The position numbers were made by a program, and so were the translations under genes. The notes beneath the pieces are model-generated. The model searched no databases, had not been told where the DNA came from, and saw only the letters and a list, made by a program, of their open reading frames with translations. From Takakia lepidozioides (Eukaryota > Plantae > Bryophyta), in the NCBI GenBank assembly GCA_030704615.1, contig CM060734.1:43338001-43402000 (forward strand): a stretch of DNA of 64,000 bases, written 5' to 3'. Shown here one piece after another: positions 27,982-41,900 of this stretch (positions are counted from its first letter, which is position 1; the number at the start of each line of letters is the position of its first letter).

Positions 27982-28518
27982 ATGGGATCAGCGTGGGGTC
28001 GAATCTGGATCCAGGCGTGGGGGGTGGAATTGAATGCCCAAATTCTGCTGCACACATTCTTTACCGCAGCCCGTAAACCGGTGGTGTTGGCGGGCATTAC
28101 TGGATGGTCCGGGATATGTGCACATGTGCTATTTTAAGCACCGCGGTAGCCAGACGTTGGGATCCGGTACACGGTACAACAGAATGGGTAGTTTAATCAA
28201 GCTGCACAGAGATTTTCAGTTGGGAATTGTGTCGGAGTGCGTTGCGTCCGTCTGGATTTGAGCCCGCGATCGAGAGGACGGTGGCTTCCTGTCTCTCTCA
28301 CGGCTGCATCAACTCACTGACTGTTAGTCGTCTCGCAGCTCGTCTTAAACGTATTCGCGAATGAGCAGATCGAGGCAGTGCGGTCTCGTCTGAAGCATCG
28401 GATCGATACCATAAATTGCGACTTTCTGAGAAGCAGAAGCTCGCATTGCGAGAAAGGAAGTGCATTGGAGGTAGAAGTGTGAGAGAGAGAGAGATCACAG
28501 AGAGAGAGAGAGGGAGAG

Positions 28519-31500
28519 ATGGGGGAGCCTAAGGCGTCGGGTAGCAGCTTGGAGAGCCGGCGAGTGTTGTATGTGTCTGCGGGAGCTAGCCACACTGTGG
28601 CACTTATCTGTATGTCCTCTCACCTTCATTTTTTTTCGCACCTATCCATGAGCTTAGTGGAGTTGAGAGGCTTCTGTGTGTGGCACTAATGAGTAACCTC
28701 TAATTCTCATCCAACTCTCACTCTCTCCCTCTCTGTAGTCTCTGTGTCTCTCTCTGTCTCTCATTTATACAGAGGTGTGTATGTACATTGGGCTGATGAC
28801 TTGGATCTCCTGCTTGGTATGTTGGCGAAATGACATAGATAGGTGTTAGCTTAATCTGGTGGATGTTCCAAGGCGGTGTAGTTGTTTCGGATCATCCCAC
28901 TGTTGACGAGTAGAAAATGCAACCGAATTTATCTGTTGAATGGGTCTCTCCGCGTCGCTAACTTGGGTGAATGGTTCTCACTTTCTCCGTGTGGTGATCA
29001 AGGAAATGTTTGCAACTCTGGCGGTTGTAGATTTAGTCTTTTGCATTTTGTCCCCGGAAGACAATGTTTCGATATTTTCTTTCATTTTGTAGACGTTGAC
29101 CTGTGCTAATTTTTGAGCGAGCAATTTTCTGCACTGTTTGTCTCCATGCCCACCCTCGCCCGGAACGGTTGAGTCTCGATGGTCTATGGTTACGGGTTTG
29201 GTATTAGTTGCATTCCCGTAAATAACTACTGAGTTCATGACATTAGTACTCAGGCAATTGGGTCCATTTTGGGCTAATTTGTACCTGCTTCCTATATTTT
29301 TAACATACTGGGAAGATGCCATCTGAATCATGTTCTTCACTGACAAATCTGATTTTTGCCGACGAATGCGAGAAGCTACCACCCGTCTTGTGACACTCTT
29401 AATGGACTCTCTTTCTGGAGCCTGCGTCTATCCTTGCAATGCGATTGAGCTTCATTCGTTACACAATCAGTGACCAGGCTCCAATGTCGGCAATGTACGA
29501 TGTTAGTTATTTGTCAGAGAGAAACGGCTAAAGCGAGAGGCCTTCGGGTCCATATTGGACTGTGAAGTCAATCTATTTGCTCGTTTCTCTGGGGCTTCCT
29601 CCCATGCCTTATCTTGTGGTATTCGGAGTTCTCTGTATTTACTTCTCTCCAATCCAGCGGAATTTTCCACCTGAACTCATAGACTCGTTATCTTGCTGTT
29701 CAATTTCAGTTAGTTTGAGGTGCTGGTCCACCCTCGCGCAATGTTAATTGTACTTGGACTAGGTTGATCGAGTGCCCGGGTGCTACTTCTCTCTAAACTT
29801 GCCATTTTATACATTTTTCGATCTTTCTTCTTTTTGATTTTTTTTTTCTACCCCTCTTCTTCACAGTTAGTGTCGCAAGAAGCGTGAGCTGACTTGGAAT
29901 ATTGTCTCCTATCTTGCATCATCGCCACTGCTTTACTGGCATTGACATCATTTCGAGTCCGGTCTATTGTGGGCATTACTTAACCCATAAGTATGAAAGC
30001 GTTATTTAGTTTCTGACTGAGTCTGTTGATAACTGGTCCTGAATAAGAATGGAGCAGGCAACTAGGTCTTTCTGAAAATATCTTTAAGGTCTCCCCCTTG
30101 TGATCTCACCTGGCATTGGTGGCTTGGCAGCGGGTGACTTTGTGTGCTCCTGGGGCCGCGGGGAAGATGGGCAGCTTGGTCATGGAGATGCAGATGAGCG
30201 GCATCTGCCTACTATTATCAGTGCCCTGGATGCCTCTGATATTACTTCCATCACCTGTGGGGCTGACCACACCACTGCTCGCTCTGATGTTACACAATCT
30301 GTTTATAGTTGGGGTTGGTAAGTATTTTACTGGAGATGAAGGGCACAAGAATCCACTCCCCTTGTTTAGCCATCTATTTCTGTGTCCATCATGGTTGCCT
30401 TGCCTGTTCACCCCCTGCTATTCCTTGGATTCACTTGCCACTGAAAATGTCTTCAGAAGAACTAAAATTTCCTTCACCCCTGGCAGACTCGTCTGTAGGC
30501 AGGCTGTGCTCTTCTAACACGCTTTGAGTGTCCTCTCCTTTGTTTGCTCTTACTGGCCTCTGCACTTGAAAGTCCAGTGGCCTGGAGGCAAAGGAGTGAC
30601 CATATTGCTACTTTTGTATTCAGGGGAGACTTTGGAAGACTTGGACACGGGAACTCTAGCGATTTGTTTATACCCCAGGTGATAAAAGCTCTGCAGGGGC
30701 TTGAGGTCAAGCAAATTGCCTGTGGTGATTGTCATTGCCTTGCTATTACTGCTGGTGGTGAAGTCCACAGGTACCGTCTCTACCCAAACACCATCTTAAA
30801 CACAACCTGCCTCTTTCCCACTTAGTATCTCCTTTCTCCATCTTCATCAGAAGGCATGTTTTAAAGTCCTTTTCAAGCACCATCTAGTGATGACATTTTG
30901 TTGGAGCACTGGTTCACTTGTTGGTGAGTACAGCTATGTGCTGTGTGCAGTTTTGCTTCCCTTATTTGTTGATGGATCTGTGATGGGTGGTTTTGGTTTG
31001 TGAAGTTGGGGCCGAAATCAGAATGGGCAGCTCGGGCTTGGTCACACAGAAGACCAACTTGTGCCCCGTAAAGTGGAAGCATTTGAGGTTGTTACACGTG
31101 TCCCCAATTGCTTTTGCTTGCTGTTTATAATGCAAATGCGACCTTGTTCCTATTTAGGCTCAAAACATTCTTGGTGGCTTTAGCAATCATCACTTTGTCG
31201 GGATCTGGCTTCTGTCTCTTGAAATTACTGATTGCGTTTTTGTAAATGTGCAAACACAGGGCATACCAGTCAAGATGTTGGCAGCTGGTGCAGAGCACAC
31301 AGCAGCGGTGACTGACAGTGGAAAGCTCTATGGCTGGGGCTGGGGTCGCTATGGCAACCTGGGTGTGGGTGATCGGAATGACCGCTTAGTTCCTGCTGAA
31401 GTTGCTGCAATACAGGTATGTAACCCATAATTATCCCCCCAAAATATCATTGAAATCATGGTTTTTCCTGGGAGAAATTTGGTTGTCTAGATCAGGGCTC

Positions 31501-33713
31501 TTCACATGACCAAGAGCGGGCTAGAAACTGTTTGTGGGTTCGGTCGTCAACTGTCAGATTCACTAAGCTCACCAAGCCTTCTCAACAATTGAGTTTGAAA
31601 CAATTGAGTAGACAACAAGGGGTTTTGGCAATGCAACTGCTGAGTTCCAAGTTTTCTATTTTTTGTTGTCTTATACTCCTTGCTTAATTTAACCAACTCA
31701 AGCATGGGGTACAGGGGGAGAAAATGGGGATGGTGGCTTGTGGATGGCGACACACTATTGCAGTTTCAGAGTCTGGCCATCTCTACACCTTTGGATGGAG
31801 CAAGTATGGACAGTTAGGGCACGGTGACTTCCAAGATCATCTGGTCCCTCATCAAGTTGCTGCTTTGGAGAACAACAAAATTCAGCTTGTGGGTCTTTTA
31901 AGGCTTCCATCTCATGCTTCACTTTGTTAGTAGATCAAAATGCAGGAGGCATGATCAGAGGGCCACATGTCTTCAACTTAAGTAGTATGTGAAGATAGAC
32001 CATTCCCTGTAAGTGATGGCCAGGACTTACCTTGAGGGTGTAATCCCCACTGGATAGTAAGGCTACGATGTAGTTCCCATACTGCTTCACTGATCTGAAA
32101 GCTGGCAATAGATGTGATACGTGACAGACTATCTTTATTACACTCCTGAGATCCAAGAGCCTTTGGACTAGGAACTATTCATTGACTGTTGGCTAGCTTT
32201 TTGTTGAGGAATAGTCCATATGGGACCCTTACCCTTCTGGAGCTGGATAGAACAGATATCTGTCCCACTGGAGGCCCAGCAGAAACGTCTTTCATACCTA
32301 GAGACGTAATGCTACAGTCTTGGAAGTATGCTGCTTGTTCATCTAGGAGTATACTGGCTGGGTCCAATACTGAAACATTCATGAATGTTTTTTGACACAG
32401 GTTTCTGGAGGCTGGCGGCATACTTTTGCTCAGGATTATGAAGGTCGGATTTATGGATGGGGTTGGAACAAGGTACTGTAGCTTAATGTAGCTCTTCACA
32501 ACTCTTGTTGGAATCTGTTGTAGTGTGCTCCAGCTTATTGTGGGTGTCTGATGCCTACCGTTTCCTAGTATGTTAAAAGTATGCCGGTATGCAGCGGAGA
32601 ATCTGTGAGTGGACTAATAATAGTAAGTCTGGGTTCTTACAGTTTGGACAAGTGGGAGTTGGGAACACGGAAGATCAAAACAGTCCCCAACTGGTGAAGG
32701 CTCTTCTGGAAGAGGTGATAATCCCTAGCAAGACATTTTCCTCTCAGATCAAAGCATTCAACTTCTGATTTCACCTTTGACATGCCTAGACATGTGTTGA
32801 GAGAGCGGCTGGTTGGTCTGTGCAGAAAGTGACTCAGGTTTCTTGTGGCTGGAGACACACAGTGGCCGTCACTGAGAGAGGCAATGTGTACAGTTGGGGC
32901 CGTGGCACCAGTGGACAGCTTGGCCATGGGGATGCTGTTGACAGGTATTTACTTTCTGGCTTTGTTGTTTTTTTTCTGAGGAAAGTGTGGCAAATAAATT
33001 TGTTCTGCTCTTTAGTGAAGGTACAAGTGAAAGTGCTAGTTGAGTAGAGCTTTTTCAATAGTAATTTTAAGAAATTGTACTGGTTGCAGGAGTGTGCCGA
33101 AGAAATTAGAAGTATTGAGTCTGGATGGGTTAGCTTGTGAACAGCTTGAAAGCTCCCGATTGGCAAACTCCACAGGTGTGTTTTTAACCCTTCCTTATAC
33201 TGATATATCTGCTTGTGATTGAGACAGCTACAGAAGGCAAGTGGCCGAAGAGTTTTGGTGGCCAATTTGGGCTATTTGTGTGGTTTTCTGGTATGTGCAG
33301 CCTCCAATTGGATATCACCATCAGAGAGATATGCAGTGGTACCAGATGAAGCTGTGAGATCGCTGGCAAGACGGTTGCACCAGACAGCCAATGTAGGAAC
33401 CCTTACTTATTTTCTCTCGCCTTGAGTTCATGACTTGTTCTGGGCTTTGTACCAGACTGAAATGGCTGTACTCTTACTACTCAGCACACTTCCTAGTCAG
33501 TGACCAATCATCTAGGGCACAGGGCACAGCAGTTAGTTGAGAAGGGGAACCTTGGTGGTGCTGGAAGATGACTCCGCTTACCAATAATTACCTTCTGCTT
33601 TGCATGGGCAGGTGGATGCGGCGCTGGAGGTGCCAACCACAGGTGAGGTCCCCGATGCGAGTGTGCCTGATGGAGATACAACAAAGCGATTGCGAACTCG
33701 ACCACAAAACTGA
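28519..33713 (+). CDS. UVR8: UV-B photoreceptor UVR8 (RCC1-like beta-propeller). 12 exons: 28519-28609, 30131-30317, 30624-30770, 31006-31087, 31260-31415, 31715-31888, 32401-32472, 32643-32714, 32826-32944, 33090-33175, 33301-33353, 33612-33713
   Basis: Phase-consistent GT-AG exons. SAGASHTVAL, SWGRGEDGQLGHGD, WGWGDFGRLGHGNSSDLF, three GWRHT motifs (Trp triad), C27 region WISPSERYAVVPDE with the VP motif, and C-terminal SVP..D..KRLR. Confidence 0.96.
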
Positions 33714-34968
33714 GTTCTCAGATAAACTCATGCTACTGAGTCAACTCTGGTTATCTGAGTTGGAAGGAGTAAGCTGTTGGAATCATAGGCTGGTTTCTGT
33801 TTTGTAGTGTAGGAGGATTCCTGAGGGTGTAGTGCTGGGTCGGCAACGATTGGCAGCACTCGTTTTTGCTAGATACTTGGAGGTTAAGAACAAACTTTTT
33901 GCGCTATGGGCCATCAAACATGTGGTGTGTAATTTTGGTTCCTGCACGATTGCCGTATGGCTCTCAATGGGGAATAGAATTGAATGCTTCATGTCAGTTT
34001 CATTCATGAAAATCGTGAGATTCCCTATTTCCTGTTCTTGATTACATACAAGCAACCCACTTCATGCTTCATAGTTTGTATCCCTGAAAGCTGAGCAAAG
34101 CTGGATTAAGTTTGCTATATGCATGTAGTAGACATGGAAAGGGAACAGTTTTTTGCACTGGAAAACTCTAGGGCCTGAGAGTAATGCTGGCGACATGAAC
34201 TCATGTAAGCGCCAGGGAAGCTCCATTGGGCATGGTCCTGAAAGAAGGGGGGCGGGGGGGCGGGAAGACAAGCAGCAACTATGAGGTTTTAGGGATATCA
34301 TTTGATTGATGCAGTGCCCTGGATCCATTGAGAACCACATAATGTTGGTCTACAAATCTATCTAGAAAGTTGCATCTAAGGGGTTTGATACCTGAAAGAA
34401 GGGCATATCAGCAGCCCCAGTGTTGACATGGCCAGAAGCAGGTGATAAAAAGATAAAAAGACACACCGGAAGGTTAGTTGGGATCCCAAGCAAGCCAAAA
34501 GAGATCATTGTGGTCCACACTACATTTTGATGAAAGAAAATGTTATGTCTGTCTCTTGAGAAGGGCACACAGCCAATGTACCTAGTTCCCTGGAGTGTCA
34601 TGAAATTTATGGTTTATAATAAATATTTCATAATTATAGCAAAAATTAGAGTTCATATCTTTAGTTGTTAGATCTTACTCAGCAAAGCCATCTAAATTCA
34701 TGCTTGCATTGTTCAAGTCTTATGCAGCACAGTCCCGAACTAGATTTGTCATGCACTAATCCTTGTTACAGGTATGTGCAATGTGTATCAAAGTGAACAA
34801 TCACAACCAAAGCCATTAGCTGCACTATGCTCATACATATTCCAGGCCTTTGGACGGTGCCTCAGAAGCTTGATTCAAGGGGGTGGGTGTCCTCAAATTG
34901 GTCTTAACCGGTGCTTGGACCGGCAGAGAACCCATTGCATCCCACTAGAATGAACAAGTGGTATGGAC

Positions 34969-35653
34969 CAGTGTTGGCCGGTTATAAGATTTTACATATC
35001 CGCCGGTTAAGGTTACTTCAATATTTTTGGGATGGACACACTCCATGGTTATGTATAAGGATAAATTTTTTATTTTAGTATATCCACCGGTTATCTATTC
35101 TACAAAATTCTTCAAATTTAGACGGTTATGAATAGGACGGTTAGAGGTGTCATAAAATTGGCGGATATACATGCAATTGGCGATTACATGTAATATATTG
35201 AATGGGCTCTTGTATTTCTCAATGATTTTCTTTAAAAATAATCAATTCACACATGAGATCCCAAGGGCTCTAGGGAGCTTGCCATGAGCTATGTCACAAG
35301 GAAACCCTCTGTCACCACCTCAATGGCCAGGAGCTTGGGTTAACCCCCTCTCTCCCACCAGCTGCACAGGTCCCCAAAACAGGAACACCAAGTACTGAAG
35401 CTGAGGCTGATGGAGCTGATTACGCGCTATAAATGCAGCTGCGTTGTGTGAGCAGGAACGTGTCATAACTGTAACAGCTCTAAGGGGGTCAAGATGCCTT
35501 ACTAATCCGAGTAAACTTAATATAGGGTACATATACATATACATACTCACCTCCCAACCGTCGGTTATCTATTTGCTCTATTTGTAAAAATACCCTGTAT
35601 GCGGTTATGTATACCTACTAACCGGGGTAGAGTGCTATACCCGGCCAACAGAG
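34969..35653. mobile_element. Non-autonomous hAT-type MITE (685 bp)
   Basis: TIRs CAGTGTTGGCCGGGT / ACCCGGCCAACAGAG flanked by a perfect 8-bp TSD GTATGGAC (34961-34968, 35654-35661). Confidence 0.88.
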
Positions 35654-36580
35654 GTATGGACCATAAGAGTGTCTGTTTCGGTCACCATTAGCTGCACACA
35701 CAAACGATTGGTCATTGCCCATCCATAACAACAAACACTAAGTGTGTTCTGACATCCATTCACATTTCACTGTTACACTTGCAAGGCATGTGTACACAAA
35801 AATTCAAAACCCTCTTTCTCTAGTTTCTCTCTACCTCACTCTGTACCAAATCACTAACGGGCTCAAATTGAAGGGATGATGCCAATGGTGGGCATGTTAT
35901 TTTTCCAGGACTAAGAGAGCTTTGGCAGCTCTCCCAGAAGAATATACTTGATACCTACACTGAACCATCACTATGCATGCAAGACCAGCTAGAGTAAGGG
36001 GATCCCCTTGGCTGTTCCATACATATACTTTCACCCATAACAGAGAGCTTATATCCTGTTGGATGTTATGACATCTTCAGTCTTACTTTCAGCGCAAGCT
36101 CACAGAGTTTACTTTTAAGGGATAGAGGATGAGGTCTTGATCATTACCAGCAGAGAGAGGAGAGAGAGGTGTTTGTACTTACTGGGGCTAGTTGCAAGCC
36201 ATATGCAGTGGCACATGTGTATTCTTCTCATAAGCTCCTTTTCTTGTCCCCATCAGGAATGCATCAAGAGAAAAAGGAAGACTTGAGGAATAAACAGCAC
36301 TTTCGATGAGGCCCCGCCAGGTGAAGTCTGATGTAAGTAAATCTTTCCTGCTAAATTGTGCCAGGCAGAGGGCTACAGTATTGTGCTGGCATCAGCATCC
36401 TGCTTTTACAGAGTCATTAGCAAAAGTATTTACATCAAATTCAAGCTGTGGATGCTATCAGCTGTGTAAGTGCTCTGGCAACTTGGGTGAAGCAGGCCTT
36501 CAGACGTGTCACAAAGGATAAGGCAGTGAGTACATTCTTCTCACCAAATTCTCTCATATTCGAGTTGCAGGCTAGGCAGA

Positions 36581-37411
36581 CTAGATTAAGAAGATGAGAA
36601 TTCCTAGAAGAATGGCAGCAAGAACAGAGTACTTTAGGGCGGAGAGTGTAATGGAGGCTGCCACCACCAGCAACTGCCATGCTATCTGCAGGACTGCAAA
36701 AGCCAACAACGCAGTCAACAAAAGGGCCAGCACATTCTCCAATGTTGGGTCGAGAAGATCTCTCCACTGAATTTCCATATCCGCACCTTCAAGAATTAGG
36801 TCAACTTCTTCACTAGTGAATGGTGCTTCAGTTTCAAAATCAGCTGCATCCTCCGTTGTTTCTTTCTCTCTCTGGCCCCATAACCCACCCCAGAAGCTTG
36901 TTTGTTCCGCCTCCCGCTTTGGTTCTCTGTCTCTCTCCGCATCCTGTGGCTCTAGGTCGGGAGTAACGTAGGTTTTGGCCTTATCCATTTCCTCCCTCAG
37001 CCCCTCTGTTTCGGTCTCTCTGTCGATTTCCTCTCGTTGGGCAGAGGGCCCCTTCTCCTCGTCCTTCACTTTATCATCACCACGTCTCTGTCCCCAAAAG
37101 CCTTGCCAAAAACCTCTCTTTCTGTCGCTATCCCTGCCCTCCCCTACCGCTCCCTTCTCTTCTTCTCCCTTTGAATTCTCTCCATCTCCTTGACTCGCCC
37201 TGGTCACAAACTTAGGCGGGCGCCGACGAACTCCTTCTAAGACATCACCTGCATTTGATCTAATACGGGGAAGCTTTTGTTCCAGCCTTGGTGCAGGCCA
37301 TGCATATACAAAGGAGGATAAGTCACGTGCTGGAGAAGCGGAAGAAAATGAAAGAGATGTGTACTGGGACGATGCAGTTGTCAAAGGCCCAAACTGCAAC
37401 GAATTAGCCAT
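36581..37411 (-). CDS. Single-exon, probably plastid-targeted membrane protein of unknown function (276 aa)
   Basis: Ser/Thr-rich transit-peptide-like N-terminus with VTRA motif and an acidic middle with duplicated FWxGxWGQR. The C-terminal WRDLLDPTLENVLA... with two hydrophobic helices resembles a conserved uncharacterised plant family. Confidence 0.8.
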   Translation of the reverse strand: MANSLQFGPLTTASSQYTSLSFSSASPARDLSSFVYAWPAPRLEQKLPRIRSNAGDVLEGVRRRPPKFVTRASQGDGENSKGEEEKGAVGEGRDSDRKRGFWQGFWGQRRGDDKVKDEEKGPSAQREEIDRETETEGLREEMDKAKTYVTPDLEPQDAERDREPKREAEQTSFWGGLWGQREKETTEDAADFETEAPFTSEEVDLILEGADMEIQWRDLLDPTLENVLALLLTALLAFAVLQIAWQLLVVAASITLSALKYSVLAAILLGILIFLI

Positions 37412-38460
37412 TTTCAAATAAGACTGATCACCAATCTAACATTCAAGCTCTTGTGCAATGGGCTCCAAACATTCTTCGGATTCAGCAATACTGCACCTTC
37501 ACCACACCACAACCCATGTCTCTGTCACACCTCTTAGCACTGCATGGTTCCCAAGAATGTAATTGAGGGGAGGAAGGGATGGAAGGGATCGATGCACGAG
37601 TCTCTCCATTCATCTTTGGAGCTGACCCATCTCCACGGCCACCTCTTCTACAAGAGAAATCAACACTTGTCTGATATCAAAGTCGCAAACATAAACCCTC
37701 GTAGCTTTTCAAGCTCCATGAAAGCGGATTTTTTGACGGATTGGAAATCAACAGTTAAAACGAAACATGACAACAAATCTTCCAATCTTCCCGACACGAT
37801 AATGAATCCACCTTAGCAGTGCCCAAGAACTGTCCGCACCGATCACATTCGATAGTTAGAGCTCCGCATTGCAGAGAGACAAGCATTGCACAGAGAGAGA
37901 CTGCCTCTCCGATTCTGGTTAGGGGAAGATACGACATTGTCAGTATAACCCCACAGATGAGTACCCCTGTCTATCTCCTCCTCTCTCTCCTGATCAGTAT
38001 TTGTTTGAATCTATGATCAGTCACAGTGCCAGTATTTTCCATGCTTTTGGAATGTTGTGTCCCCTTTGGACCTGCAGTGGACAATGAATTCTTTTCACTC
38101 TTTTTTCTTTCTCCCATCTCCCTATTTTCTTGTGCCTTTGTGCTGACGTATCGAGTATATCGATTTCTACTTCAACCCTTGTCGAGAGGGCTCCATGGGG
38201 TGGGGAATCAACACAATCTCAAAAAGTAGGATGGAGGAATACTTCCAGTACGTGATCTCCAGGTAAAAGATGGATTGATCTCCTTCTTGATGCATTCATC
38301 AACTTCAATCACGTATGAAGGCATAATCAAAGTGGTGTATGAGGCATGAACCGGTGGAGATGGTTGCTGCTGTTGCTGAAGCTTGAGTCTTGAGGGAGAG
38401 CGAGAAGAATAGAAGCGAGAGCAATATAAGGGTTAGGGCTTTCCGAGCCTGTGGTTCGAT

Positions 38461-38468
38461 AAACCCTA
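38461..38468 (+). promoter_or_regulatory. Telo-box (AAACCCTA) in the divergent promoter/5'UTR region
   Basis: AAACCCTA at 38461, with GGTTAGGG nearby; typical of RNA-metabolism gene promoters. Confidence 0.4.
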
Positions 38469-38576
38469 TTTAGGTTAATCAAGCGCCCAGTCTAAAGAAG
38501 TCAACTTGGGATGTCAGAATAACTGAGAACTGTGAAGCAGTGATAGGCCGGGGGCTCTGGAAAGTGAACCCTAGAA

Positions 38577-38745
38577 AAAGTTTCTTGTAACTCGAGTTAA
38601 GTAGGTCGGGAGGAATCGAGGTGTGGAGGGGCTCATCTTGAGATCTGAATGAGATGCTAAAAAGTTTCCTGTAACTCGAGTTAAGTAGGTCAGGACGAAT
38701 CGAGGTGTGGAGGGGCTGATCTTGAGATGTCAATGAGATGCTAAA
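38577..38745 (+). repeat. 84-bp tandem duplication upstream of the UBA2-like ATG
   Basis: GTAACTCGAGTTAAGTAGGTC...GAGATGCTAAA occurs at 38587 and 38671. Confidence 0.85.
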
Positions 38746-38983
38746 CACCTCAGGCTTGTCTTCTTCGAGGCGAGGACGCTTCATCTCCGGATCTGTCGAT
38801 AGAATTTGTGGACGTTTCTTCCAAGATCTTCATGCGGCATCTCTCCTTGATATCTTCGGATCCTTCCTGTTTGTGTTTCCCTTGATTGATTTCTGTAAAA
38901 AGAGGTGGAGGAAGTGAGGGGGAGATTGTAGATTGGTAAGGCCTGCTGAAAATCGAAATATCGAGTATCCGGTAGGCGGGAAG

Positions 38984-41900
38984 ATGGAGTATCCGATGGT
39001 AGTGAAGATTGAGTATCCAGTGACGGACTACACACTGAATGACTGTAAAAAGCGAAAAGTGAAGGAGGAGAGTAATGGCAGCACCGTCACCCTGTCGAAA
39101 GAAGAGTTGCAGAAGCTTTTGGAACCTCTCAGTAAAGAACAGCTGGTCACTCTTCTTGCTGATGCGTAAGTTACACAAGCCCTTGAGTGTTTTTTTCCAC
39201 TAATGAGCATCTATTTCGTTACCTGTTGCAGTTTGGGGTTGTTGTTCGACGTGAGGAAGAAGCGCTTTGGAGCATATGATAATATGGAACAGAACCTGGG
39301 ACATTTCCTTTCACAAGGACTTTCTTAATCGTGGCTGCTGTGGAACCTAACAAACCTTGCCCACTTTGCCTCTTGAGTATCTTATGTCGTTTTAAAAATC
39401 GTCGTGGTTCCCTTTAAGAACTGGTGTGTAAGTAACATGCAGCCCTCCCTGACAGGCTGCGAGACCCTGAAAATCGCTTGAAGAGTATCAATTCTCGTGC
39501 GCCATTGCTGTTTTCAGTTTGGGAAGTGCTGTGCCGTACATGTGGAAATGTCTCAGGATAATCTCCTGTTCTACAACTGTTGTAGTCCGCATCGTTAGTA
39601 GTCACCGGGCGGTTCGTAGTGGTGATACAGAGTTGTCTTTGTCTCCGCTGCCTGACGAGGGTTGTAGAACTTGTATCGAGAGTGATCGAAATACTTGGGC
39701 ACATGCTATGTTGGTCCCGAGGTCGTCAAACAGGAGTGGTTAGTCTTGTTGGTTGTTGATCTGATGGTGCTTAAGGGTACTTTGCTCCTGATTTGCAATT
39801 GGTCTCATTCTGGATGCGAAGAGGTTTGTTTGACATGGAGTGTCTGAATAAGCTCCTTCAAAGTCCAATTAGAATCTCTCTCTCCCAGTTTTGGATGCCC
39901 TTAGTAAGCAACCAGAGAGTATGCTTCTACTTGGCTCTTTTGATATTTCTGCCTACTATATGAATAGAGAAGCAGCTTATGTCCAGCTCAGGGTTTGCTT
40001 ACCACTTGTGCCCTCTTGCTGAGCGATGCCATGCTAGATTGAAATCTTCTGTTTTTAGAAACTTCACTTAACTCCTTCAAAAGCATCAAGATGTCAGTCT
40101 CAACCATACTTTGTATTCTGAGCAATATGTGTGTTTCTTATGATATCAGTAGCTCTGTTCTGCGGTACATGTTGGCGGTTTACAGTTGACAGATCGATGG
40201 AAGTCAGTCCTGTACCTGACACCTCCATTTTTATTATGGATCCTGGCCACTCGGACCTGCCAATTTTGTCTTTTGTAGACACAAATTTCAAGATCCTCTG
40301 TGACTGCTTATACATGTGTGCTCATTTGTAAAATTCTGTCATGGTTCATCGTCTGTCTGCTTTAGCAAACTTTGCAAAGGGGCAGTTTTACATACTTATT
40401 TTGTAGTGTCCATCTTGTTCTCTAGTAGAGTTCGATTGGGGAAGTGGGTGTATGCCTTCTGAAGTCTTCCGATGGTCTCTTAATTTTGGTTGGTGAGGTT
40501 ACATAAACTCAAACCACATGGTTCCGAAGGTGCTGTGGGTTTACTACAAGGTTTCCGCTTATTGAATGCTCCCATCAGTGCCCATAAAGTTGTGTTTGTT
40601 CGACAGGTTTCACCTGCCTGTTAATGCTCTACTCTGCTTAACCTAGGGCCAAAATGAAAATGGTGTGTGGAAACGTCGCATGTTCATCCTCGGTACTGAT
40701 GCAAATTGTTCACAGGAGAGGTAGTGATCAGTGGGGACACAGACTTCAAATTGTTTGGCTTGAAAACCCTCTGTCCAGCTAGGCACCGGCTCTGAGTAGC
40801 TAGACAAATTAGATAGGGGCTGGATATTAATCTGTGGTGCAGCCAGAGCTTAAAGCAAGGCATGACTGGAATTCAGAGAGGAACTGCTGAAATCCTCCTG
40901 TTCCAAAGGCTGAAAGTTTTCGGAGGTTCTTGAGCATGAGGCTGGCTGAGGGTTTTCTGAAGAGTTGGGGCTGGATGTGGCAGATTGCAGACCCTGAATA
41001 TGGCTTCATGATATGTATGGCATAAGCAAGAGAGAAAGAGAGGCAGCAGCATGTTACTGGTGACTGGCTTGGCTCTGTGAAATACCTTGTGATGACTGGA
41101 TTGACTGGGAATGTGTGTGGGTGCAGCCAGGGCCTAATGCAATGCATGACAGGAGTTCAGAGAGGAACTACTTAAAGTCCTCTTTTTCCAAAGGGTGAAG
41201 TTCTTAGGAGGTTCTTGAGCATGAGGTTGGCTTGGGGTTTTCTGAAGAGTTGGGGGCTGGATGTGGCAGATTGCAGACCCTGAATGTGGCTTCATGGTAT
41301 GTATGGCATAAGCAAAGAGAGAAGGAGAGGCATGTTACTGGTGACTGGCTTGGCTCTGTGAAAGACCTCTGTGATGACTGGATTGACTGGGAATGCGTGT
41401 GGGTGGATTGGCTGGAATGGTTGGTTGATTGCAGAGGGTCTCAATTCTCTGCAGTCGCAGATGATATTAGAGATATTGCCAGCAAGGATCCTGCCCACCG
41501 GAAGCTGTTTGTGCGTGGCCTGGCTTGGGAGACCTCTTCACAGGCTCTGCGTGATGTGAGTGCATGCATGATTGCCTGCTTGTTTGCCTGTCTTATTCAT
41601 ATGACAGGTGAGTTCTGGCCTGCAACAAGCATGGTCTCACCACCTTGTGACAGTGAGGACAGATTTTACCTTCACACCGGCAGACCTAGCCAAAGCTCTT
41701 ATAGTATCTGGCTAACAGTGTAGTGGCGAGAGCACTAACAGATATTGGAAAGATAGAAATACCCCTCACTATCTGATTGCTTTGGCAACAATTGGAGCTG
41801 CATGCATGTGCCTAAGTTCTTGGTGTCTGGTTATATGGTGAAAGTGACTTCCTTGGTTGAGGATTTTTTTAATTCTGACCGTGTTCATGCCATGGTTGCA

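Noticed and set aside
28519-33713. Generic RCC1/HERC protein or unusual UVR8 variant
   Set aside because: Three GWRHT motifs and the C27 VP region identify a canonical UVR8.
38479-39178. Minus-strand ORFs with an internal repeat
   Set aside because: Antisense to the UBA2-like 5' region; the repeat is explained by the 84-bp duplication.
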